Both the position numbers and the translations under genes were made by a program. The notes under the pieces were generated by a model. The model searched no databases and was not told the origin of the DNA. It saw only the letters and a program-made list of their open reading frames with translations. Positions 23,497 to 32,970 of a DNA stretch of 64,000 nucleotides are shown in pieces. The DNA is from an uncultured Planctomycetaceae bacterium (GTDB lineage Bacteria; Planctomycetota; Planctomycetia; Pirellulales; PALSA-1355). The DNA lies in the NCBI GenBank assembly GCA_963785305.1, contig CAWAUV010000004.1:288001-352000 (forward strand), read 5' to 3'. Numbering within the stretch: position 1 is the stretch's first letter; every line of letters starts with the position of its first letter.

Positions 23497-24195
23497 ATGC
23501 TTTTTCGCAATAAAGTTACTCTCGAAAAACCACGGCAATTTACGCTGCGAACAGTAGTGCTATCGATTATCGCGGTTGGACTTGCCTGTAGAATCGCGAG
23601 CAAACGGTATGAAATCACATGCTACAAAACAATGATGGATCACGCGCACTTTTCATATACACCGCGTTCTCTGGCACCACAGCCAAAGTGGCGCGAATGG
23701 CTTTTCGGCGACGACGCGTTCCATTACGCGGGCTGCATTTATGCGGATGAATACAAGATAACTGACAAAGCCTTATCGCTCCTCGCCGAATTGAAGGAAC
23801 TAAAGACGCTCGGGCTCCGTAACACAAACATCCGGGGCACAGGACTTGCATTTCTGTCTGATTTACCGTTACTCGAGCACTTGGACTTGTCAGGAACACC
23901 GATAACCGACAACGGATTAAGCTATATAGGCGAGCTTACTCGCCTAAGGGACCTCGAACTATCGGGAACTGGAATTACGAACGACGGATTGGGAAATTTA
24001 ACAAAATTGTCGCATTTAAAATCCCTCACTCTCGCCGAAACAAAGATCAACGATGCCGGGCTGTCGCATCTCCGGGTACTCTTGGATTTAGAATACCTCG
24101 ATCTAACTGCCACGGATATCACAGCAAATGGCGTGGATGATCTTAGAAAGCACATTCCAAAGTGCATTATCTTTAATTCTCTCGGATCTGATTAG
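23497..24195 (+). CDS. Leucine-rich-repeat protein, putative immunity protein 1
   Basis: N-terminal hydrophobic anchor (RQFTLRTVVLSIIAVGLAC), tandem LxxLxLxxTxITDxGL repeats, directly after toxin 1, AT-rich. Confidence 0.85.
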   Translation: MLFRNKVTLEKPRQFTLRTVVLSIIAVGLACRIASKRYEITCYKTMMDHAHFSYTPRSLAPQPKWREWLFGDDAFHYAGCIYADEYKITDKALSLLAELKELKTLGLRNTNIRGTGLAFLSDLPLLEHLDLSGTPITDNGLSYIGELTRLRDLELSGTGITNDGLGNLTKLSHLKSLTLAETKINDAGLSHLRVLLDLEYLDLTATDITANGVDDLRKHIPKCIIFNSLGSD

Positions 24196-24326
24196 GATTT
24201 GCAAGATGCAACGTTGTCGGTTGGCAAGGATTCAGAGCCTATCCGATTACCGAAGTCGTACGCATTGGCACGCCACGTGCAAACTGAGGGGCAGGTCCCT
24301 TTGAAATGCATGAAGGTTTGTGCGAT

Positions 24327-25862
24327 GTAACTGTTAAGCCGTGGCGTGGCCTGGGCGCGGGGGGGCGGTGGCGATATTGGCGGGGATCGCGGGCGAGGAA
24401 TTTCCGGGGATGGGTCGCGTGGCGGATGTTTTAACTGCTATTGGTGATCGGCAGCGGCAGGGTCTTGCCTTGCAATTTAGCGCGCACGACTTCGATTCCA
24501 TACCTTGCGAAGCTCAAACCGTTTTTCGCGCCGGTCGCGATCACGCTCTTGATTCGGGCGAACGCCGCCGCGCTCCATTCGGTCCGATGCGTGCCGCCAT
24601 CATTCCTCGCCGCCGCCAGGCTTCGGATGTCGCGTTCGGTTCCGTTGTTGTCGGCCGGAACATTCGCATCGTCGAGGAAGGTGAACAATTCGTCCGAGTG
24701 CTTGAACAGCCGCCGCCAGATTCGCAAACATTCGCGATGCCGCACGCGCGTCTCGAGCATCAACGTGTCGAAACGGTTTTGAATCTCGTGTCGGGCCGCG
24801 TTGAAAGCTTTTTTGCCGAGCGACTTGCGCTCGTGGCCCAACCGGATCGCGTCTTGAAACAGCGTGATCAACGGCTGGATGAAGGCCCGCACGCTCGCCG
24901 CCGGCAACGTCTCGCGCAGCTTGTGCAACTCGCGAAGCAAATGGACCAAGCAGCGCTGTTTGCGGCAGTCGAGCCGGTTGTAGACCGCATAAAAATCGCT
25001 GACCAGCGTGCCCGCGAACGATGTGCCCAACGCTCGCTCGAGCACGGCCCGATTGCGATGACGATCGATCAGGAACAATGCCAAGCGCGTGTCTCGAAAA
25101 CACCAGGCCCAAACGGGCTGGCCATCGATCCGCCAGCCGGTCTCATCGCCTTGCACGACCGGCGAATTGCGCAAGAGTTCCCAGAGTTTGTCGACCACCG
25201 GCTCGAACAAAGCGCCGCCCCAACGCAAATGGCCGAGCAATCCGGCCCGGCTGGCCGAAAGACCAAAGAAGTCTTTCAGCAAGTGTTGCGTTTTGCCGAG
25301 CGAGATGCCCAGGTGAACCCGCGCGTAGCAGACCAACAAGCGCGCGCGTGGCCCGATGTGGGCGCCGGGCAGTTCCAAGTCGCCGCGTCCTTGGCAGGTG
25401 GCTTGGCAATGTTCGCAACGGTAGGTATGACGGCGATACCGATGCCATTCGAGCTTGGGCTCTGGAATCTCCGCCATCTCATGGTCTTCGAACTCGCCGT
25501 GGCGGTCAGATCGTGGCCGCCGCAATGCGGACACTCTCGCGGATGCACATCGTGTTCGATGAATACCGTGCCGGGCGGCGGCTCTGGACGAAAGCTGCCC
25601 GGATGTTTGCGAAACTGCTTGCGGCGGCGATCCTGTTCGCCACGCCGCGCATCGCTGGCCGAGCGGGTTTTCTTGCGCCGCTGCAAAAACTTTTGGACTT
25701 GCTGTTCGAGTTGCTCGACGCGCTTGCGCAGCGTGATATTCTCCGCCAGCAACCGGGCGATTTCCGCTTCCAACTCGGCGATCCGTCGATCTCGATCATC
25801 CATGATCCAATCAATGTGACCGAAAACCCAATTTCGGGAAAGAGGAAATGCTTAACAGTTAC
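24327..25862 (-). mobile_element. IS66-family element (single-ORF, ISBst12-like), 1536 bp
   Basis: Perfect 13-bp terminal inverted repeats GTAACTGTTAAGC (24327-24339) and GCTTAACAGTTAC (25850-25862); no flanking direct repeat. Confidence 0.92.
24431..25803 (-). CDS. IS66 transposase (frameshift near 25500)
   Basis: Coiled-coil N-terminus, CPHCG..CEHC zinc ribbon, GDETGW, QRCLVHLLRE, DNNGTERDIR. Confidence 0.92.
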
Positions 25863-26758
25863 CCCCTCGCGGCGCCTCCCTCTTCGCCTGGGAAACCCTC
25901 TACGCCGGCTACCGCTACGACTCCCTCACTGGACTCTACCTCGCCAGAAATCGTTGGTTGCATCCGCTCATGGGGGTGTGGATCACGAGGGACCCGATGG
26001 GTTTTTTGGGCGATCCGTCGAATCCATGTCGGTATATTCTCGGCAACCCGACGAACGCCGCCGATCCGAGCGGCCTAGACCCCTTCACGACATTGCTCAC
26101 GGTTCCTGAAGTCATACTTGGCCGATTGGGATACATCACGGGAAGCTTACTATTCGATGGAGGAGCGATAGGCGATACTTATTTTGTGCTTGTCGTGAAT
26201 CGCGGACGTGGAATAATAAATGACGGGCCATGGGGAGATCCGATTTCGAGAGGATACGGTCATTTTACATTTCTAGGGACCTCCGTGTCGGGAACGAATA
26301 AAATATGGAGCAGCGGAGGCACGGGATTCAGTGGAAAAGGGTTTTGGGAGAGTCATGGGGTATGCAATACAATTTCCGGAGGGTTTCCAAACAATGACGG
26401 CGCGGGCCAAAACGCCGGTGCCGTGCGTCTCATTGTTGGAACTCCCTGCGACAAGTGCATATATTCAATCAAAATTCGGTATTCAATTGCCCTTGACACA
26501 ACCGCGACATCAGGCGGGGCATCGACGACAACGAAAATTCCGGGGATGTCCGACAAAAAGATTGTTGTCGGTCCACAAGCTCCGACAAAAAAACGTTCGG
26601 GTGCTATCGATGTCGACGTAGAAAAGCCGACTTCGGCCTACACCACGGTTTTTGATTACGAACCCAGCATGGCGCACCCTGGCGGCGCGTCGGGGGTGAC
26701 CTCGTCGACAGTCGAAGTCGAGATCATCAGCGTCAGGAAACGACCAGCGATAAATTGA
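25863..26758 (+). pseudogene. Orphan Rhs module 2: last part of core plus unknown toxin tip, truncated at IS66 end
   Basis: Starts CCCCTCGCGGCGCCTCCCTCTTCGCCTGGGAAACC, identical to module 3 near 28773; PRGASLFAWETLYAGYR..WITRDPMG..DPSGL then novel tip. Confidence 0.85.
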
Positions 26759-26838
26759 CGATATTTGATAATGCGAGGATCATTGCCGTCGTGTTCAATT
26801 GGGACGGTGTTTGTCATCGCAGCGATTGGTAGATCGAG

Positions 26839-27249
26839 ATGAAGATCAGTCGCAACATGCTGTTCATTGGCGCGGGTGCCGTGGCGTGCTCGGCGACGAT
26901 AGTATTTGCATTGCATTGGCGCACGATTTACACTCGCCACATCGAACAGAACGCGATTCTTGAAACGATGTCCGACTGCGACCCCGGAGCGATATATAGG
27001 CGCGGATATATTTTTCATATTGTGTTTTCCTCGAATCCACGCCGATTCAACGGTCGAGATTTAAAACATCTTTCAGAGCTTAGTCACCTGGAGCGATTGT
27101 GGTTTTATGGGTCGCCGATCAGCGACGACGATTTACCCTATCTATATGATTTGAAAAACATAAAACAGATTTCCTTTCTTCGAACAAACGTCACGCGGAC
27201 AGGAGTTGCTGCTCTCCGCAAGCGCCTTCCAAAAGCCGACATTGATTAA
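26839..27249 (+). CDS. Short LRR-like protein, putative immunity protein 2
   Basis: N-terminal hydrophobic segment; LKHLSELSHLERLWFYGSPISDDDL..LKNIKQISFLRTNVTRTGVAALRKRLPKA. Confidence 0.8.
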   Translation: MKISRNMLFIGAGAVACSATIVFALHWRTIYTRHIEQNAILETMSDCDPGAIYRRGYIFHIVFSSNPRRFNGRDLKHLSELSHLERLWFYGSPISDDDLPYLYDLKNIKQISFLRTNVTRTGVAALRKRLPKADID

Positions 27250-27317
27250 ATCGATCAATCATATAATCGCACAATTCAGTGATAATCATTGACGAAGCCG
27301 CTTGTCTGTTCTGTAGC

Positions 27318-27491
27318 GGTCCAGCGAATCGTGAGTGAACGTTTGTCATCCGGAAAACTTGACGAATTTTGACGGAATGCGCGAGATGCGAAGCCTGCGC
27401 ACGCGAGACATCGCGTCGGATCTTTGACAATTCGCGAAATGGCCGGTGTTGATTGGCCGTCGGGACGCGCCGACATGAGGGCGGGATGCGG
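27318..27491 (+). repeat. ~175-bp intermodule element copy A containing boxA-like GATCTTTGACAATT (27419-27432)
   Basis: Aligns without gaps to 30147-30320; the 14-mer is identical to the 16S leader motif at 36106-36119 (minus strand). Confidence 0.8.
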
Positions 27492-27523
27492 TATGGGCCG
27501 GTTGCTACGGGAAGTTCTCGATC

Positions 27524-29559
27524 TACAGCGATTCAGCGGGAACCAGCGTCGTCAACCAGGTGCAAAACGTCTATAATGCCTTCCAGCAGCTTGCCACGCA
27601 GTACCAAGAACACGGTGGCGCCGTGAACACCTCGACCACGCCCAGCGTCCAGTACGGTTATGCCGATGGATCGGCGAACACCGTTCGCCCGACAAGCTTG
27701 ACGTATCCCAGCGGCCGCGTGTTGAACACGATCTACAATAGCGGCGACGACGACGCTCTGTCGCGCGTCAGCGGTTTGGGCGACAGTTCTTATTCGCCGC
27801 TGGTGGCATATACGTACCTGGGGCTCGGCTCGTTTGTGCAACTCACCTATCCGCAGCCCGGCGTCACGTGGACACTGATCACCGGCGCCGGCATCGATCC
27901 GTACGGCGGCCTCGACCAGTTCGGCCGGGTCATCAACAACCTCTGGGAGAATTCGAGCGGCGCGGCGCTCGATGAGATTCAATACACTTACGACCAGGCC
28001 AGCAACCGCACCAGCCGGAAGAACGTCGTCGCCGAATCGCTCGGCGCCCAGTTCGATGAACTTTACGGCTACGATGGCATGCAGCGCTTGAAGAGTTTCA
28101 ACCGCGGAACACTGGTCGAAGCCGGCGGCCAACTCTCGGCGCTCAGCCTGCGTCAGAACTGGCAACTCGACGCGACGGGCAACTGGACCGGCTTCCAAAA
28201 CTTCGACCAAACCGGCGCCACGCCGGCCCTCGATCAGCAGCGAACCAGCGATACGTTTAATGAGATCACCGAAATCTCGGCGACGGTCGGCGCCACCTGG
28301 GTCACGCCCGAATACGACCGCAACGGCAACATGATCGTCATGCCCCAGCCAGCCGCGCCGACGAGCAGCTTCTCAGCGACATACGACGCTTGGAACCGGC
28401 TGATCTCGCTGTCGTTGCTCGATGGCGCGTCGGCGGCCCAGTACGCTTACGATGGCCAGAACTGGCAAATCTACAGTTCCGATAATGCTTTCACTAATTT
28501 CGAGCAATACTACAGCGCGAGCTGGCAACTGTTGGAGAAGCAAGGGGTCGGGCCGGGCGACCTGACGACCTATCAATTCGCGTGGGGACTCCGCTACATC
28601 GACGACTTGATACTACGAGACACCCTCGAATTGCAGATCAACCCTCCCCGCTACTACGCGCTGCAAGACGCCAACTGGAACATGGACGCGATCGTCGACG
28701 CAATCGGCGCGGTGCAGGAACGCTACAGCTATACCGCCTACGGCGTCGTCACGTTCCTCGACCCCGACTTCACCCCTCGCGGCGCCTCCCTCTTCGCCTG
28801 GGAAACCCTCTACGCCGGCTACCGCTGGGACTATGCCACCGGACTCTACCTCGCCAGGAATCGTTGGTTGCATCCGCTCATGGGAGTTTGGACGACCCCG
28901 GACCCTTTGCTTCGCATGCCGCCGTGGGCCAAATTCTTGTACACGGCATGCAAACCTTTAATTATAACCGACCCCTTCGGACTCGCCGGTTGCAGCTTCG
29001 CGGCGAGAGTCGATGTACCGCCGACTTGTAGGTTTTCGGCCTACCTTTATAATGATCCCAACACGGGCGCACAAATTCGTGATGCAACGTTTTTTGCAAG
29101 TTTTTCAGTTGCATACACATTTGCCAAGCCCTGCGGCTGCTGCGAATTTCGGCAGTATGCGATGAATGCCGATAATCGAATCACGTTAACGTTGAACGGC
29201 ACAGTTACTTCGTGGGTAGTGCCATCGGCGTATGCGAACGAAGGCGACGAAGATTGCATCGTTAATACCGCCGGATTCCGCGAATGCTATGGCCGGAAGA
29301 ATAAACCAAATAAACTCAAAAACCCAACAGACGCATATTCGGCGGATGCGTGTAAGTACTATATGTCTGACAGGCCGGGCATCGACTCGCTTAAAGAACT
29401 TGTGCGTGGCAGCATCCAAATGATACTATTCGCATACAGTTATCGGAGCGTTTTGTGCAAAATATCATAGACACATGCAATGGTGGCGTTGTAAGGACCG
29501 ATACAATTGACATTGACTGCGACCGAACGTTTACGGTACAAGAAATTCTAAATAAATAG
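27524..29559 (+). CDS. Orphan Rhs module 3: truncated core plus Cys-rich unknown toxin tip (probable indel near 29410)
   Basis: Core near-identical to module 1; DPFGL cleavage motif; tip has CGCCEFRQY, EDC..CYG, DRPG and, after a frame change, IIDTCNG..EILNK-stop at 29559 (track ORF stops at 29470). Confidence 0.85.
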
Positions 29560-29695
29560 TATTCGGCGATGCAACCTATATTGAAAGTGCCGGCAATTTC
29601 AGTGATTGCAGAGATTCTCGGATAGGCTCTTAATGGTCATAAACAATGGCTGTGAGTAAGTTATTTCTCATTCCATGTCTAGATAGGGTCTATCC

Positions 29696-30106
29696 ATGAA
29701 AGTAACTGTACAATTGTCGCGTCGCTTGCTTTTTTTTGTCTTTTTTTCGACTGCTGCGGCTACAGTTTGTTTTCTTTTATCGTTGATCCCTCAATGGCAG
29801 ACTGTCGCTATGCGGAAACAGTTAATTGCGATTCTGGAGCGCGACGGTGCCACGATCTTAGGGCCTGCGCCGATGTTGTGGTCTGCTTGTGTTTCGATTA
29901 GCCACGGCGCCACATACTTCCACAAGCCTGAGAGATTTTCCGATTTGAAGCATCGCTTCTGTGTTCCGGTTGTGCGGGAGCTCTTGGGTGACCGCCCCGT
30001 CGGCTATATTGAATTGCCGTATCAATACGATGATGAGGATTTCAATCGCGTAGCAGCTGCGTTTCCTGAAGCAATGGTCACTCGCTTCGAGCCTGAGCGC
30101 CATTAA
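29696..30106 (+). CDS. Membrane-anchored putative immunity protein 3
   Basis: N-terminal TM (RRLLFFVFFSTAAATVCFLLSLI), C-terminal RELLGDRPV..AAAFPEA; directly after toxin 3, AT-rich. Confidence 0.75.
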   Translation: MKVTVQLSRRLLFFVFFSTAAATVCFLLSLIPQWQTVAMRKQLIAILERDGATILGPAPMLWSACVSISHGATYFHKPERFSDLKHRFCVPVVRELLGDRPVGYIELPYQYDDEDFNRVAAAFPEAMVTRFEPERH

Positions 30107-30146
30107 TTTTGGCTCTTCCGTTTCTGAGTGCTTTGTCCGGTGTCCC

Positions 30147-30320
30147 GGTCCAGCGAATCTTGAGTGAACGTTTGTGAGCGGGAAACCCCGCAAGATTTTG
30201 GCGAATTGCGCGAGGCTTGTTCTTCGCGCACTCAAGAAATCGCGAGTGATCTTTTACAATTCGAGACATGGCGCGCGTCGAATGGCCTTCGGCGCGCGCC
30301 TCCGCGAAGGCGGGCCGCGG
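30147..30320 (+). repeat. ~175-bp intermodule element copy B containing boxA-like GATCTTTTACAATT (30248-30261)
   Basis: Ungapped alignment to 27318-27491; motif at the same offset (+101). Confidence 0.8.
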
Positions 30321-30544
30321 AGCGGACTGCCTATTCCGCGCGAGTCGCGCTAAGCGGCGCGGCGGAGGGAGATGATCGGCAGATGACGCCGGCCTTGATA
30401 GTAGGCGACGTCGAGCTCGATTCGCGCTCCAGGCGCACCGCGAACAAGCGCCTCTGGCCTTGCGCAGGGAACCGCGCGAGGCCAACATGCGCGGCTCGTA
30501 GCGTGGCCGTCGATTATTGGGAAAGAACCCAAAGCAAACTTCGT

Positions 30545-31312
30545 TCGGCGTTCACCCGCACCGACCTGCTTGTCACCGAAATCTACCCCGACGCCGCCGA
30601 CGCCCTCGACAACGTCACTTACACGTATAATCGCCAGGGCCAACGCACAAGCAAGACCGACCAAAACGGTAGCGTGCATGCCTATAGTTATGACGTTTTG
30701 GGCCGTCAAACCGCCGACAGCATCACCACGCTGGCGGCCAGCGTGGATTCAAGCGTGCAAAACATAGCCGTCAGCTACGAGATTCACGGCTTGGTCTATC
30801 AGATCACCAGCTACGCCAATTCCGCGGGAACCGAAGTCGTCAATCAAGTGCAAAACGAGTACAATGCTTTCCAGCAGTTTGCCACGCAGTACCAAGAACA
30901 CGGTGGCGCCGTGAACACCTCGACCACGCCCAGCGTCCAGTACGGCTACGCTGACGGTTCGGCGAACACCATTCGCCCGACCAGCTTGACATATCCCAAC
31001 GGCCGCGTGTTGAACACGATCTACAATAGCGGCGACGACGACGCTCTGTCGCGCGTCAGCGGTTTGGGCGACAGTTCTTATTCGCCGCTGGTGGCATATA
31101 CGTACCTGGGCTTGGGCTCGTTTGTGCAACTCACCTATCCACAGCCGGGCGTCACGTGGACGCTGATCACCGGCGCCGGCATCGACCCCTACGGCGGCCT
31201 CGACCAGTTCGGCCGGGTCATCAACAACCTCTGGGAGAATTCGAGCGGCGCGGCGCTCGATGAGATTCAATACACCTACGACCAAGCCAGCAACCGCACC
31301 AGCCGGAAGAAC
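30545..31312 (+). pseudogene. Orphan Rhs module 4: core fragment cut by IS3
   Basis: RTDLLVTEIYPDAAD..YDQASNRTSRKN, near-identical to modules 1 and 3; stops exactly at the IS3 terminal TG. Confidence 0.88.
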
Positions 31313-32970
31313 TGTCTTGGTTCACCGTGAACTGGAATTGGCGGTGCCGGGGATTAGCGAGTTGTGAAGGGCATCCTGCCGGGCATTTCGCGGCATCGTG
31401 CCGCGAAGGTTTAACGCATTCGCGCCAATCCCGAAGGATTGGCGAGCGGACGGCGCCGACGATTGCCGGTCGCCGCCCTCTCTTCGGTCTTGGCCGCTGG
31501 GTCGGCGCTCGGGTTGCCCCTCGGCAGAGCCCTATCCTCCGCCCAGTTCAATCATCAATTTAGCGCCGCCGATCGTTTCAGGCAACCTTGGGCGCGGCGT
31601 TGGCGGCGGCACGCGCCGCGCGTCGTCGCTCGCGGGCCGCGTCCAGCTTGGCGTCACGCTCGTCGAATATCCGCTGCTCGATACCGTTCAACTTGTCGCT
31701 CGGCGTGACGTAGCCGATCGCGCTGTGCAATCGCTCGTGGTTGTAGTGCTCCACGAACTTCGTGATCCGTCCTCGCGCCTCTTCGACATCCTCGGGGCAG
31801 GCCGGGCGGATGCACTCGACCTTGAGGCTCTTGTGCCAGCGCTCCAACTTGCCGTTGCTTTGCGGATAAAACGGACTCGTTCGCACATGCGTCATGCCGG
31901 CCAGGCGAATGAACTCCTTGAAATCGCGGGCGATGAACTGCGGGCCGTTGTCGCTGATGATCCGCGGCTTTTCGTCCGGAAACTTTTCTCGCGCGCGTTG
32001 AATCACCGTTTCCACTTCGAACTCCTTCATGCTCTCGCGCAGCTCCCAATGCACGATGTAGCGGCTGTAGCCGTCCAGAATCGTGCAGAGAAAGTAGAAC
32101 GTGCCGGCCAGATTGATGTACGAAATATCGACATGCCAGTGGTCGTGCGGCCGCGGCGGCTGCACGAAACCGGTTCCTTTCTTGGACGGCGAGAACTTGC
32201 GTTGGTCGAGCCGTCCGCCTTGTTTCAATACCCGATACACGCTGCTGGGACTGACCGCCACCACGTCGAGAGTCGAGCATCATGAACGCCAAGCGGCGGT
32301 AGCCGTTCAGCGGATGGCTGTCGTGGTAGGCGAGGATGGCTTGTTTCTCCCAGTCCTCGAGTTCTCGATTCCCCGGGCCACCAGTCGCGCGGGACCTTGC
32401 CGTTGTGTTCGTTGGCTTTGCCGTAGCGGTCCTTCCACTGGTGGAACTTGCTCGGCGCCAATTCCAGCCAGCCCAGCAGCCGCTGGGCCGGCAGCTCGGC
32501 ACGCTCGGTCCAACGCCCGATGTAATCGACGATGGCGTTGCGCGTGTCGTGGGGAACCCAAACTCCCTTCAGAGTTCCCCAAGCTCTTTTTTTGCGCGGA
32601 CATTCTCCTCCATCAATTCGGCGATGACTTCGTTCTTGGTGACCAGCTTCGATTCGAGCTGGGCGATCTTCTGGTCCTTGGCCGCTTCCAGCCGCGGCGG
32701 CCGCCCGCCCGCCCGCCCACCGCCCGACCGCCTTCTCGGCCTGATCGAGCACCTGCTTGACCCAGAGATGGATCAGGCTGGGCTGAACCTTGAGTTCATC
32801 GGCCAAATCCGACACCGGCGTTTTGCCGCTCAAATGCCGCCGCACGACCTGGGCCTTCTGCTCGGCGGAAAAATGCCGCCGTGTTCGCAATTCGCTCATG
32901 GAAACGTCCTCCCTCGGGATTTATGCTAATCCCAACGGCCAAACTTTCCAGTTCCGGGAGGGGCAGGACA
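31313..32970 (-). mobile_element. IS3-family insertion sequence, 1658 bp
   Basis: TG...CA ends with imperfect inverted repeats (TGTCTTGGTTCACCGTGAACTGGAA and reverse-complement TGTCCTGCCCCTCCCGGAACTGGAA); orfA/orfB layout; no direct repeat. Confidence 0.9.
31578..32899 (-). CDS. IS3 transposase OrfAB with A7G slippery site at 32586-32593
   Basis: OrfA HTH (RRHFSAEQKAQVVRRHL..VSDLADEL), AAAAAAAG motif before the orfA stop, integrase core WHVDISYI, SDNGPQF, YPQSNGKLERWH, YNHERLHSAIGY. Confidence 0.9.

Noticed and set aside
27276..27476. Minus-strand peptide similarity (SRIVKD..RQN..KRSLxIRWT) between the two intermodule repeats
   Set aside because: Many radical amino-acid changes and no shared start or stop; better explained by DNA-level conservation, though a coding relic is not formally excluded
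21113..31312. Repeated Rhs cores considered as DGR template/variable repeats
   Set aside because: No reverse transcriptase in the window, and the differences are not visibly adenine-specific
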